Positions 11,276 to 19,933 of a stretch of DNA of 54,155 nt are shown here, in pieces. Numbering within the stretch: position 1 is the stretch's first letter; every line of letters begins with the position of its first letter. The DNA is from Achromobacter sp. GTDB lineage: Bacteria; Pseudomonadota; Gammaproteobacteria; Burkholderiales; Burkholderiaceae_B. The stretch is taken from NCBI RefSeq assembly GCF_036567245.1, contig NZ_DATCUY010000062.1:1-54155 (forward strand). The letters are read 5' to 3'. The position numbers and the translations under genes were made by a program. Under the pieces are notes generated by a model. That model was not told where the DNA came from. It saw only the letters and a program-made list of their open reading frames with translations, and searched no databases.

Positions 11276-14056
11276 TCAGCGGGCCGGAAAGCGGTAGCCC
11301 GCCAGTTCGCGTTCATCGATCTGCTTGACCAGGTTGGTCTCCCAGGCCAGGTACTGGCGCGCGGCGGCCTTGTTGCCGTCATGGCGGTCATGCACGAAAA
11401 ACAGATAATCGATGCAGTCCGCGTCGGCGGGCTCGGCGGGCGTCGATTCCAATGCGATTCCCTGCCCGGACCAGCCCGCCGGATCGCCTGCGTTGGCCTG
11501 GATGTCATTCATACCCTGCGCGCGCAGATCCTGTGCGGCCCACGCAGCCAAGGAGGCATCCTCAGCCAGCAGGACCACGGGACGCGCGGCATCCAGGCTC
11601 AGATTGTCCAGGCGCGGACGGATAGCCCAGCGTGCGCCCGCGATATGGCTGGCGCGAAAGCGCATGCTGGGGCGGAGATCGACAACTTGCGCACCTTGCG
11701 CGATCGCGGCGGCAAGCTGCGCATCGGTCAGCATGGGAAGTTGCGGCGCCGACGCCTTTTCCACAGGGTTATCCAGGCGCGTCTGCACGCCCTCCCGCAG
11801 CACGCTGGCGTCCCAGCCCATCTGCCTCAACCAGCTGGCGACCACCGGTGCGCGCACGCCTTCGGCATCGAACACCACGATGCGCGCGCCTCGCACAGCT
11901 ACGTATTGATCGGTGGCCTGGATCAGCTGGCCGCCCGGCGTGTGCTGCGCGCCGGGCAAGGAGCCTTGCGCGTACTCTTCGGCGCTGCGCACGTCGCACA
12001 GGAAAGTGCTGCGGGTCGCGTCACGTAACCACGCCTGCGCCTCGTCCGCGTCCACCATGTGCACGCCATGGCTTTCGGCCAAGCGCGAGGAACGCTGCGC
12101 CAACGCGGGCAGGTCCTGCGGCGCGATGCCGTCGTCGTAGCGGCGGCGCGCGCCGTGTTCGAGCTGCAGGTCTTCCAGGTACCAGCCCTGGGTGCCGTTC
12201 TCCAGCGCGTAGACGGGATTCGGCACGCCCAGGTTGATCAGCGTCTGCGCGCCGATGATGCTGCGCGTGCGGCCGGCGCAGTTCACCACGATGGTGGTCT
12301 GCGGATTGCTCGCCAGCATGTGGGCGCGCAGCGCCAATTCGCCGTTGGGGCAGCAGATGCCGCCGGGTATGCTCATCTTCTGGTATTCGGTAAAAGGCCT
12401 GCCGTCCAGCACGATCAGATCGTCGCCGCGGCGCTGGCGCTCGGCCAGATCACGCGCGCCAATCCGGGGGGTGTGGAAAACTTCTTCGGCCAGTTCGCCG
12501 AAGGTTTTGCTGGGCACGTTCACGCCGGCGAACACGGCATAGCCGTCGCGCTGCCATTGCGCGATGCCGCCGGCCAGCCGGTGCACGTTGCGGTATCCCA
12601 GCGCAGCCAAAGCCTGCGCGGCGCGCGCCGCCGTATCGTCGGCGCCGCCCTCGTCGTAGACTGCCATCCGCACATCGCGCCGCGGCGCCAGACGCACGAT
12701 ATCCACTTCCAGCCGGCTGTAGGGCACGGGCGCGGCGTAGAACAGATGCCCCTCGCCATACTGGCCGTGCTCGCGCACGTCCAGCAGCGCAATCTCCTCC
12801 CCGTCATGCAGCCATTGCTTGAGCGTGTGCGGATCGACGTCGGCGATGGTTTCGGCTTGGGCTGGGTGCATCATGGCATTCAGAGATGAAGGAGAGAGTT
12901 GGGATAAGGCTTGCTCGAGATCGGCAATGAGGTCGTCGGGATCTTCCAGGCCCACATGCAGGCGCAGCATGGCGCCGCGCGGCGTGGGGTCCGGCAGGGA
13001 TCGCGCGGCGCCCAGATTGACGGGGATCACCAGGCTTTCGAAACCGCCCCACGATGCGCCTATGCCGAACAGTTGCAGGCTGTTGATAAGTCGCTCGACG
13101 GCATCCATGCCGACCGCGTCGGCGAATTCCACCGTCAAGAGGCCATTCGCGCCGCTGCAATCGCGCTGCCACAACGCATGGGAAGGATCGCCCGGCAAGG
13201 CCGGGCAAAGGACATGCGCCACTTCCGGACGGCCCAACAGAAAATCGGCCACGCGCAGAGCGCTGCGGGCGTGCTGCGCCATGCGCAACGGCAGCGTGCG
13301 CATGCCGCGCAGCACCAGGTAGGCGTCATCGGCGCCGACGGTCTGCCCCAGATCCACGGTGGCGCGCTCCAGCGGATTCCAGGCGCGCGCATTGGAGATC
13401 ACCGCGCCCATCATCACGTCGGCATGTCCGCCCAGATACTTGGTGGCCGCGAGGATCGAGATGTCGGCGCCCAGTGTGAGCGGTTTGTGCACCAAGCCGG
13501 AGGCCCAGGTGTTATCCACAGCCAGCCAGCAATCATGCGCGCGGGCCAGCGCGGCCAGAGCCGGCAGATCCGGCATCTCGTAGGTCAGCGAGCCCGGCGA
13601 CTCCGCATAGATCATGCGGGTTTCAGGACGGATGAGCGCCGCGATGCCCACGCCGTCCGGCCGGTAGTACGTGTACGCAATCCCCATCCGCGACAGATGT
13701 TCCGCGCAGAAGCGGCGCACGGGTTCATACACCGCATCCGTGATCAGCAAGTGGTCGCCCGCGCGCAGATAGGCCAGCAGCACGGTAGCGATGGCGGCCT
13801 GCCCGGTGGGATACAGCTTGGCGCGATAGCCCTCTTCCAGTTCCACCAAGGCGTCTTCCAGCGCGTGCGTGCTATCGGTGCCACGCGCGCCATAGGACGG
13901 CAGGCGTTCCTGATCGCGGCGGCTGCGCGTGTCGCGCCAGGCCTGCACGCTGTCGAAGACATAGGTACTGGCGCGCGTGACGGGGGTGTTGACCCAGCCG
14001 CGATGAGGGCGACCGGCGCGCAGCAAGCGTGTGGCGGACCGATAGGGCTTGTCCAT
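11276..14056 (-). CDS. Fusion protein: cystathionine beta-lyase (MetC-like PLP C-S lyase) plus four-domain rhodanese sulfurtransferase, 926 aa
   Basis: The N-terminal ~394 aa carry VNTPVTRAST, ESPGS, DNTWAS, AATKYLGGHAD and SWGGFES. The C-terminal ~532 aa carry LLDVRE, LDGRP..EY, VNCAGRTRS, DVRS.EEY and VDLRP. No stop codon separates them. Confidence 0.82.
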   Translation of the reverse strand: MDKPYRSATRLLRAGRPHRGWVNTPVTRASTYVFDSVQAWRDTRSRRDQERLPSYGARGTDSTHALEDALVELEEGYRAKLYPTGQAAIATVLLAYLRAGDHLLITDAVYEPVRRFCAEHLSRMGIAYTYYRPDGVGIAALIRPETRMIYAESPGSLTYEMPDLPALAALARAHDCWLAVDNTWASGLVHKPLTLGADISILAATKYLGGHADVMMGAVISNARAWNPLERATVDLGQTVGADDAYLVLRGMRTLPLRMAQHARSALRVADFLLGRPEVAHVLCPALPGDPSHALWQRDCSGANGLLTVEFADAVGMDAVERLINSLQLFGIGASWGGFESLVIPVNLGAARSLPDPTPRGAMLRLHVGLEDPDDLIADLEQALSQLSPSSLNAMMHPAQAETIADVDPHTLKQWLHDGEEIALLDVREHGQYGEGHLFYAAPVPYSRLEVDIVRLAPRRDVRMAVYDEGGADDTAARAAQALAALGYRNVHRLAGGIAQWQRDGYAVFAGVNVPSKTFGELAEEVFHTPRIGARDLAERQRRGDDLIVLDGRPFTEYQKMSIPGGICCPNGELALRAHMLASNPQTTIVVNCAGRTRSIIGAQTLINLGVPNPVYALENGTQGWYLEDLQLEHGARRRYDDGIAPQDLPALAQRSSRLAESHGVHMVDADEAQAWLRDATRSTFLCDVRSAEEYAQGSLPGAQHTPGGQLIQATDQYVAVRGARIVVFDAEGVRAPVVASWLRQMGWDASVLREGVQTRLDNPVEKASAPQLPMLTDAQLAAAIAQGAQVVDLRPSMRFRASHIAGARWAIRPRLDNLSLDAARPVVLLAEDASLAAWAAQDLRAQGMNDIQANAGDPAGWSGQGIALESTPAEPADADCIDYLFFVHDRHDGNKAAARQYLAWETNLVKQIDERELAGYRFPAR

Positions 14057-14058
14057 GG

Positions 14059-14667
14059 TCAGCGGCGGGTTTGCACGCCGATCGGCATGACTTTGCAAGT
14101 ACCGGCTTCCAGGTCGAACGCCAGGCGTTCGGTCAGCGTTTCCAGCGCGCGGCCGTACATGTGCAGATGGCGGATGACGCTGTCGCCCTGGATTTCCACC
14201 GCGTGGATGTCGTCCGGCATCAGTGCGATGCCCGCGCCGGGGCCGACCACCACGGTGCCGGTCTTTTCCAGCTGGCCGACGCCGGGCACGGAACCGTCGT
14301 CGCTGCGGTCGTAGGTGTAGTTGTATTCCACGCCTTCCACGGCCGCGATACAGGCCCAGGTCGTGTGGTTGTGCGGAACGATCTGCTTGCCGGGGCGCAT
14401 GACGTTCAGATAGAGCGCATAGCTCTTGTCGGCGTCTTCGGCGATCAGGTAGCGGGCCTGACGCTCGCCGTCTTCCGGCGCGGGATAGCGGTCGGCTGCC
14501 CACCAGTCGGTGTGGCCGGCCAAGCCGACCAGTTCATCCAACACCGTCTGCAGGCTGTCACGGTTCAGCCCCTTATTTCCTACAGTTTTCTTAATATTTC
14601 CGATGGCGCTGGCGATGCCGGCCTGATGAGGATGCGCGTGGCTCACTTGGATTTTCCCTGTTTTCAT
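14059..14667 (-). CDS. Thiol dioxygenase (cysteine dioxygenase family cupin)
   Basis: PHNHTTW...G.E.N..Y cupin motif 1, DDIHAV third His and HLHMYG. Confidence 0.82.
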   Translation of the reverse strand: MKTGKIQVSHAHPHQAGIASAIGNIKKTVGNKGLNRDSLQTVLDELVGLAGHTDWWAADRYPAPEDGERQARYLIAEDADKSYALYLNVMRPGKQIVPHNHTTWACIAAVEGVEYNYTYDRSDDGSVPGVGQLEKTGTVVVGPGAGIALMPDDIHAVEIQGDSVIRHLHMYGRALETLTERLAFDLEAGTCKVMPIGVQTRR

Positions 14668-14707
14668 GAGTTATTGAGTTGACTGTATCCCCCCTGTTCA
14701 GCTGGAA

Positions 14708-14746
14708 CAATTTAAATTGCCTTAAGATTCCATTAGCACTGCTAAT
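14708..14746. promoter_or_regulatory. Putative LysR operator(s) in the divergent promoter
   Basis: Perfect palindromes ATTAGCA-C-TGCTAAT (14732-14746, T-N11-A) and CAATTTAAATTG (14708-14719). Confidence 0.6.
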
Positions 14747-14761
14747 ACTTTCTAGGCCACC

Positions 14762-15655
14762 ATGCGCAACCTGGATCTGGACCTGCTTCGCACCCTGACC
14801 GCCATCGCCCGGCACGAGACCTTCTCGGAAGCCGCCAATCGGCTGCACAAAACGCAGTCGGCAGTGACGCAGCAGATGCAACGGCTGGAGTCACTCATCG
14901 GCCAGCCGCTGTTCGAAAAGCAGGGCCGCAACAAGGTACTGTCCTCGCATGGGCGCCGTCTGGTGGAGTACGCCCGCCACATGCTGGCCATCAACGATGA
15001 AGCGCTACGCGCGCTGCAAGACGGGCCGCTGGAAGGAGACCTGCGGCTGGGCGCGCCGCTGGACGTGGCGGACTCCATCCTGCCCACGCTGCTGACACAC
15101 ATCGCGCGTTCGGCGCCGCGCGTGAAACTGGAAATCCGCACGGACCGCAGCCCCTTCCTGATGGATGCCCTGCGCGCCGGCGAACTGGACCTGACGATAT
15201 CCACGCGCTTCGACCAGGACTTCGAGGGCGTGGCGCTGCGCACCTCGCCCACGGTGTGGCTGGCTTCCGCCGACTACGTGCACGACATGCACGCGCCGGT
15301 GCCGCTGGTGCTGGCCGACGAACCCAGCATCTTCCGCCGGCTGGCGCTCACGGCCCTGGAACAGGCACGCGTGCGCTGGCACACCAACTATGTGGCGCCG
15401 ACGCTGGTGGGGATAAAGGCGGCGTTGCGGGCCGGGCTGGGCGTTACCGCGCGCAGCGTGGAACTACTGGGCCCGGAAATGCGGGTGCTGGGCGAAAAGG
15501 AAGGGCTGCCGCCCTTGCCGGACGTGACGTACTTCCTGTGGATAAGGCCAGACCTGATCAATCCGCTGACGCGGCAGGTCTACGACATGCTCAGGACCAA
15601 TCTGGGACTGGCGCAGCAAGACGATGCGCCGGCCCTGCCGCCACGGTCTCAATAG
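14762..15655 (+). CDS. LysR family transcriptional regulator (LrhA-like)
   Basis: LDLDLLRT...FSEAA.RLHKTQSAVTQQMQRLE HTH and AGLGV. Confidence 0.92.
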   Translation: MRNLDLDLLRTLTAIARHETFSEAANRLHKTQSAVTQQMQRLESLIGQPLFEKQGRNKVLSSHGRRLVEYARHMLAINDEALRALQDGPLEGDLRLGAPLDVADSILPTLLTHIARSAPRVKLEIRTDRSPFLMDALRAGELDLTISTRFDQDFEGVALRTSPTVWLASADYVHDMHAPVPLVLADEPSIFRRLALTALEQARVRWHTNYVAPTLVGIKAALRAGLGVTARSVELLGPEMRVLGEKEGLPPLPDVTYFLWIRPDLINPLTRQVYDMLRTNLGLAQQDDAPALPPRSQ

Positions 15656-16653
15656 CGGTCGAACAGATCCTGCAGGGCTGCCGGATCGCGCGTGATCGAA
15701 AGGCCCAGCATCAGCAGGATGCGGGCCTTCTGGGGATTCAGGTCGCGCGCGGCAACGAATCCCAGGCGGGCGTCATCGAGTTCGACATCGCGCGCGACAA
15801 AGCCGCTGCCCGTGCGGCTGGAGCGCACCACCGCCACGCCGCTGGCCGCGGCGCGGCTCAGGCCTTCGATGGCCAGGTCGGTGGCATTGCCGTCGCCCAC
15901 GCCGGCAAGCACGATGCCGCCTGCGACATCAGCGAGGAAATCGATCAGATCGGCCTGCAGGTTGGCGTGGGCGTAGATGACATCGACGCGGGGCCAGCCG
16001 GCCTTTTCCAGCAATGCGAGTGAAAACTCGCTTTCTACGGTATGCGTGGTGGTGTTGCGCGAATAGAAGAACGGCGCGCCGCCATGCATGACGCCGGCGC
16101 GGCCGCGATTGGGCGAAGCGAACGCGCACAGGCCAGCGCTGGCGATCTTCTGGATCTCGCGGGCGTAGTGCACGTCTTCATTCATGACGACCAGCGGCCC
16201 ACGGCCGCGCGCCTCGGGGTGGCGCGCCAGCGCCACCGCGTTATACAGATTGGCCGGACCTTCGGCGCCCAGCGCGGTGGCGGGGCGCATGGCGCCCACC
16301 AGCACCACGGGCTTGTCGTGACGTATCACCAAGCTCAGGAAGTACGCGGTTTCTTCAAGCGTATCCGTGCCATGCGTGATGACGATGCCCGCCACCGAGG
16401 CGTCGCGGCACAATGTGTCCACGCGTTCGGCCAGCGCGCGCCACACGGCGTGCGTCATGTTCTGGCTGCCAACGTTGGCGACCTGCTCGGCGCGGATCTC
16501 GGCGATGCCGGCCAACTGCGGCACGGCGGCCAGCAAGTCGTTGACGGAAAACGAGCCAGCTTTGTAGCCGGCGGAAGTCGCGTCGGCCTGGGCGCCAGCG
16601 ATCGTGCCGCCCGTCGCCAGTACTGCAATGACGGGCAGCGCGCGCTCAGGCAT
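15649..16653 (-). CDS. ansB: L-asparaginase
   Basis: ATGGTIAG, HGTDTLEETAYF, GAMRPATA and LNPQKAR; no signal peptide. Confidence 0.88.
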   Translation of the reverse strand: MPERALPVIAVLATGGTIAGAQADATSAGYKAGSFSVNDLLAAVPQLAGIAEIRAEQVANVGSQNMTHAVWRALAERVDTLCRDASVAGIVITHGTDTLEETAYFLSLVIRHDKPVVLVGAMRPATALGAEGPANLYNAVALARHPEARGRGPLVVMNEDVHYAREIQKIASAGLCAFASPNRGRAGVMHGGAPFFYSRNTTTHTVESEFSLALLEKAGWPRVDVIYAHANLQADLIDFLADVAGGIVLAGVGDGNATDLAIEGLSRAAASGVAVVRSSRTGSGFVARDVELDDARLGFVAARDLNPQKARILLMLGLSITRDPAALQDLFDRY

Positions 16654-17569
16654 CCACCACTCCGGACAGGCCCTGGCGCTCGAGCAGCGAATTCAGGTGT
16701 TCCCAGCCGTGGAAGTCGATGACGATCTGGCCCTTTTCCTTGGCGCCCACTTTCAGCGCGACGCGCGTGCCCAAATGGTCGGACAGCGCTTCCTCCAGGC
16801 GCGTCAGGTCGCGCGATGCCCCATTGGCCTTCTTCTTCGGCGTGGCGGACGACTCGGCTTCCTTGGCGGTCTTGGCGACCAGCTTTTCGGCTTCGCGCAC
16901 CGACAGGCGGCGCGCGATGATCTGGTTGGCCAGCTGGATCTGCGTGGCCGCATCCACGGCGAGCAGTGCGCGCGCATGGCCCATGTCCACATCGCCCGCC
17001 AGCAGCATGGTCTGCACGGCCGCGGCCAGGTTCAAGAGACGCAGCAAGTTGCTGGTGGCCGAGCGCGAGCGGCCGATCGCCTGCGCGGCCTGTTCGTGCG
17101 TCAGGCCGAACTCGTCCAGCAACCGGCGCACGCCCTGCGCTTCTTCCAGCGGATTCAGGTCTTCGCGCTGGATGTTTTCGATCAGCGCCATGACGGCCGC
17201 GTTCTCGTCGGCCACTTCGCGCACCAGTACCGGCACTTCCTTCAGGCCGGCGATCTGGGCCGCGCGGAACCGCCGTTCGCCGGCGATGATTTCATAGTGG
17301 CCGGGCGCGGTATCACCCAAGGCGCGCACAAGAATGGGTTGCATGATGCCTTGTGTGCGGATCGATTCGGCCAATTCGCCCAACGCGCCCTCGTCCATGC
17401 GCGTGCGCGGCTGATACTTGCCGGCGCGCATCTTCGAAACGGGCAGAGTGGACGGCGGACCCTCGGGTTTGGCGACGGCGACCTTGCCGATGTTCTCGAT
17501 GGCAGGCGCGTCCGCGCCGAGCAAGGCGTCCAGTCCGCGGCCCAATCCCTTGGGTTTCTTGGTGGCCAT
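16646..17569 (-). CDS. parB: Chromosome partitioning protein ParB
   Basis: KGLGRGLDALL, YQPR, IIAGERRFRA, LIENIQREDL and an HTH. Confidence 0.96.
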   Translation of the reverse strand: MATKKPKGLGRGLDALLGADAPAIENIGKVAVAKPEGPPSTLPVSKMRAGKYQPRTRMDEGALGELAESIRTQGIMQPILVRALGDTAPGHYEIIAGERRFRAAQIAGLKEVPVLVREVADENAAVMALIENIQREDLNPLEEAQGVRRLLDEFGLTHEQAAQAIGRSRSATSNLLRLLNLAAAVQTMLLAGDVDMGHARALLAVDAATQIQLANQIIARRLSVREAEKLVAKTAKEAESSATPKKKANGASRDLTRLEEALSDHLGTRVALKVGAKEKGQIVIDFHGWEHLNSLLERQGLSGVVDA

Positions 17570-17612
17570 AGTTAAATCCTCTTTCCTTCTGTTTTTGTAT
17601 CCCGAGCCAGGC

Positions 17613-18437
17613 TCAGGCGTCCGCCTGCTCGGCGGGCAGGCGGTACCAATACGCGTAACAGTCTTTGAAACCGTAGCGGCCATACAAAGCGCGCGCGGCT
17701 GTATTCTCCGGCTCGACCTGCAAATAGGCGGTGGTGGCGCCGCCGGCGGCGCCTGTTGCCAACAGGTGTTCAATCAGGGCAGCGGCGTAGCCTTTACGCC
17801 GCTGCCCCGGGTCGGTGACGATGTCGAACAGACCCAGCAGCTCGCCATCGCGGACGGCCAGGCCCGCGGCAACGCACTGCCCCGCCGCGTCCGTTGCCAG
17901 CACCGGCGAGATATCCACAGCCAGTCCTTGCAGACGCATCCGATGTTCGGCGATGTGCCCGGATTCCGAGTTGCGCATCGCCCCGACCGCCGCCGCGAAG
18001 CGCTCGGTATCGACAAAATTGAAATGCAGATCGCCCCGGGCATAGGCCCTGGGAACGAGCGGCGTGCACATGACTCGGGTCTCGTCGGTAAAGGTATAAC
18101 CGCGGGACTCCAGTTCGGCGTCGAGGGAAAAATCGGGACCGATGGAGGTGATGCGCAGCACCATGGGCAAGCCATGGCGCGCATACAACGAAGAACAATA
18201 CGCCAGCCGCTCGTCCAGGGGACGTGTGGATAACCCCAGCACATTGATGCTGCGTACGCGCTTGACAGGCGAATGCGCAAAACGCACCAGCCAACCATCA
18301 TAGAGCAGCTGCGCGCCCACAGCCGTGGCATTCAACGCAGCCTCTTCCAGACGCGTGCGCAGGCTGTCGCGCGCGTCGATGCGCGGCGTACCGGAGGCTT
18401 GCGTTTTGGTCTGGGAAAAGAGCGTGGCGACGGACAT
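17613..18437 (-). CDS. GNAT family N-acetyltransferase
   Basis: DIVTDPGQRRKGYA acetyl-CoA motif and YLQVEPENTAARALYGRYGF. Confidence 0.87.
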   Translation of the reverse strand: MSVATLFSQTKTQASGTPRIDARDSLRTRLEEAALNATAVGAQLLYDGWLVRFAHSPVKRVRSINVLGLSTRPLDERLAYCSSLYARHGLPMVLRITSIGPDFSLDAELESRGYTFTDETRVMCTPLVPRAYARGDLHFNFVDTERFAAAVGAMRNSESGHIAEHRMRLQGLAVDISPVLATDAAGQCVAAGLAVRDGELLGLFDIVTDPGQRRKGYAAALIEHLLATGAAGGATTAYLQVEPENTAARALYGRYGFKDCYAYWYRLPAEQADA

Positions 18438-18446
18438 GGTTGCGGC

Positions 18447-19247
18447 CTACTTCAGGTCCTTCCTCACGCGCTCGATCATTTCGGCGCCAAACGAGATATA
18501 CGCCTGCGCGCCGCGCGAACCGCGGTCGTAAACCACGCCGGGCATGCCGTAGCTGGGCGCTTCGGCCAGGCGCACGTTGCGCGGCACGACAGTCTTGAAG
18601 ACCTTGTCGCCGAAGTGCGCCTCGAGCTGCGCAGACACCTGCTGTTGCAGGGTCATGCGCGGATCGAACATGACGCGCAGCAGACCGATGACGCGCAGAT
18701 CGTCGTTGATGTTCCGGTGCACGCGCTTGATGGTATTGACCAGGTCGGACAGACCTTCCAGCGCGAAGTATTCGCACTGCATAGGAATGATGACGCCATG
18801 GGCGGCGGCCAGGCCGTTCAAGGTCAGCAGCGACAGCGTGGGCGGGCAATCGATCAGCACGAAATCGTACTGGGTGGCGACGGTGTCGATCGCGGCCTTC
18901 AACTGGCGTTCGCGCTGGTCCATCTGCACCAGGTCGATTTCGGCGCCGGACAGTTCGCGGTTGGCGGGCAGCACGTCGTAACCACCCGATTCGGATTTGA
19001 CGCGGGCCTGCTCGATGTTCGATTCGCCGATCAGTACCTGGTACAGGTTCGACTCCAGCGAGTTCTTGTCGATGCCGCTGCCCATCGTGGCATTGCCTTG
19101 CGGGTCCAGGTCCACCAGCAGCACACGTTGGTTGTGCGTGGCAAGGCCCGCCGCCAGATTGATGGCGGTCGTCGTCTTGCCCACACCGCCCTTCTGGTTG
19201 GCAATGCAGAAAATGCGGGCGGTGGTGCTGGGGGGTATGTTCTTCAT
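18447..19247 (-). CDS. parA: Chromosome partitioning ATPase ParA/Soj
   Basis: NQKGGVGKTT, DLDPQGN, IDCPP and PRNVRLAEAPS. Confidence 0.96.
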   Translation of the reverse strand: MKNIPPSTTARIFCIANQKGGVGKTTTAINLAAGLATHNQRVLLVDLDPQGNATMGSGIDKNSLESNLYQVLIGESNIEQARVKSESGGYDVLPANRELSGAEIDLVQMDQRERQLKAAIDTVATQYDFVLIDCPPTLSLLTLNGLAAAHGVIIPMQCEYFALEGLSDLVNTIKRVHRNINDDLRVIGLLRVMFDPRMTLQQQVSAQLEAHFGDKVFKTVVPRNVRLAEAPSYGMPGVVYDRGSRGAQAYISFGAEMIERVRKDLK

Positions 19248-19933
19248 AGGGTTCCTTGACTACGGCGCATCCAGATGAGGCAGCGCTCGGCCTCTAGCTC
19301 AGGCACGCGCAACGGCTGGATGTGATCGACTTGCCATTCTCCGCGCGCATGCAGCGCCTGTATTTCGTCCTCGGGGACCTTGCCCTTCATGGCGACGAGG
19401 GTACCATCGTTGCGTACATGGCGACCTGCGAGTTGCGCAAAATCGTCCAAGGAAGCGAAGGCGCGCGACGTGACAATATTGCACCCGGCGGGCGCCAGCG
19501 TTTCGATGCGGGCGTGGCTGGCCTGCAGATTGGGCAAGGCCAGCACGCCGCTCATCTGCCGCACGAATGCCGTTTTCTTTTCGACCGCGTCCACGCAGGT
19601 CACCGACCAATGGGGCCGCATGATCGCCAGAACGACGCCAGGCAGGCCCCCGCCCGATCCGACGTCGTAGACCTTGGCTGGCGTACCGGAAGCGCCCAGG
19701 GCCTCGTTGAACGGCCCGACGGCTGCCAGGCTGTCGAACAGGTGCTGGATCAGCATCTGCTGCGGATCGCGGATGGCGGTGAGGTTGTAGGTCCGGTTCC
19801 AGCGCTGCATCTGGGACAGATAATTCAGCAGCTTGGCCATCGCGGCGGCATCGGCCACCAAACCCAACTGCTCGCATGCGCGAGACAAGCGGCCGGCCAT
19901 GTCCGCGCCGGCCGTATTGGCGTGCGCGCTCAT
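19244..19933 (-). CDS. rsmG: 16S rRNA m7G527 methyltransferase (GidB)
   Basis: [19 protein letters not shown] and TSRAF; follows mnmG. Confidence 0.96.
   Translation of the reverse strand: MSAHANTAGADMAGRLSRACEQLGLVADAAAMAKLLNYLSQMQRWNRTYNLTAIRDPQQMLIQHLFDSLAAVGPFNEALGASGTPAKVYDVGSGGGLPGVVLAIMRPHWSVTCVDAVEKKTAFVRQMSGVLALPNLQASHARIETLAPAGCNIVTSRAFASLDDFAQLAGRHVRNDGTLVAMKGKVPEDEIQALHARGEWQVDHIQPLRVPELEAERCLIWMRRSQGTL

Noticed and set aside
14057-14503. 149-aa N-terminal extension of the 1075-aa ORF
   Set aside because: It overlaps the thiol dioxygenase in another frame and is Arg/Pro-rich; MetC similarity begins at MDKPY (14056).
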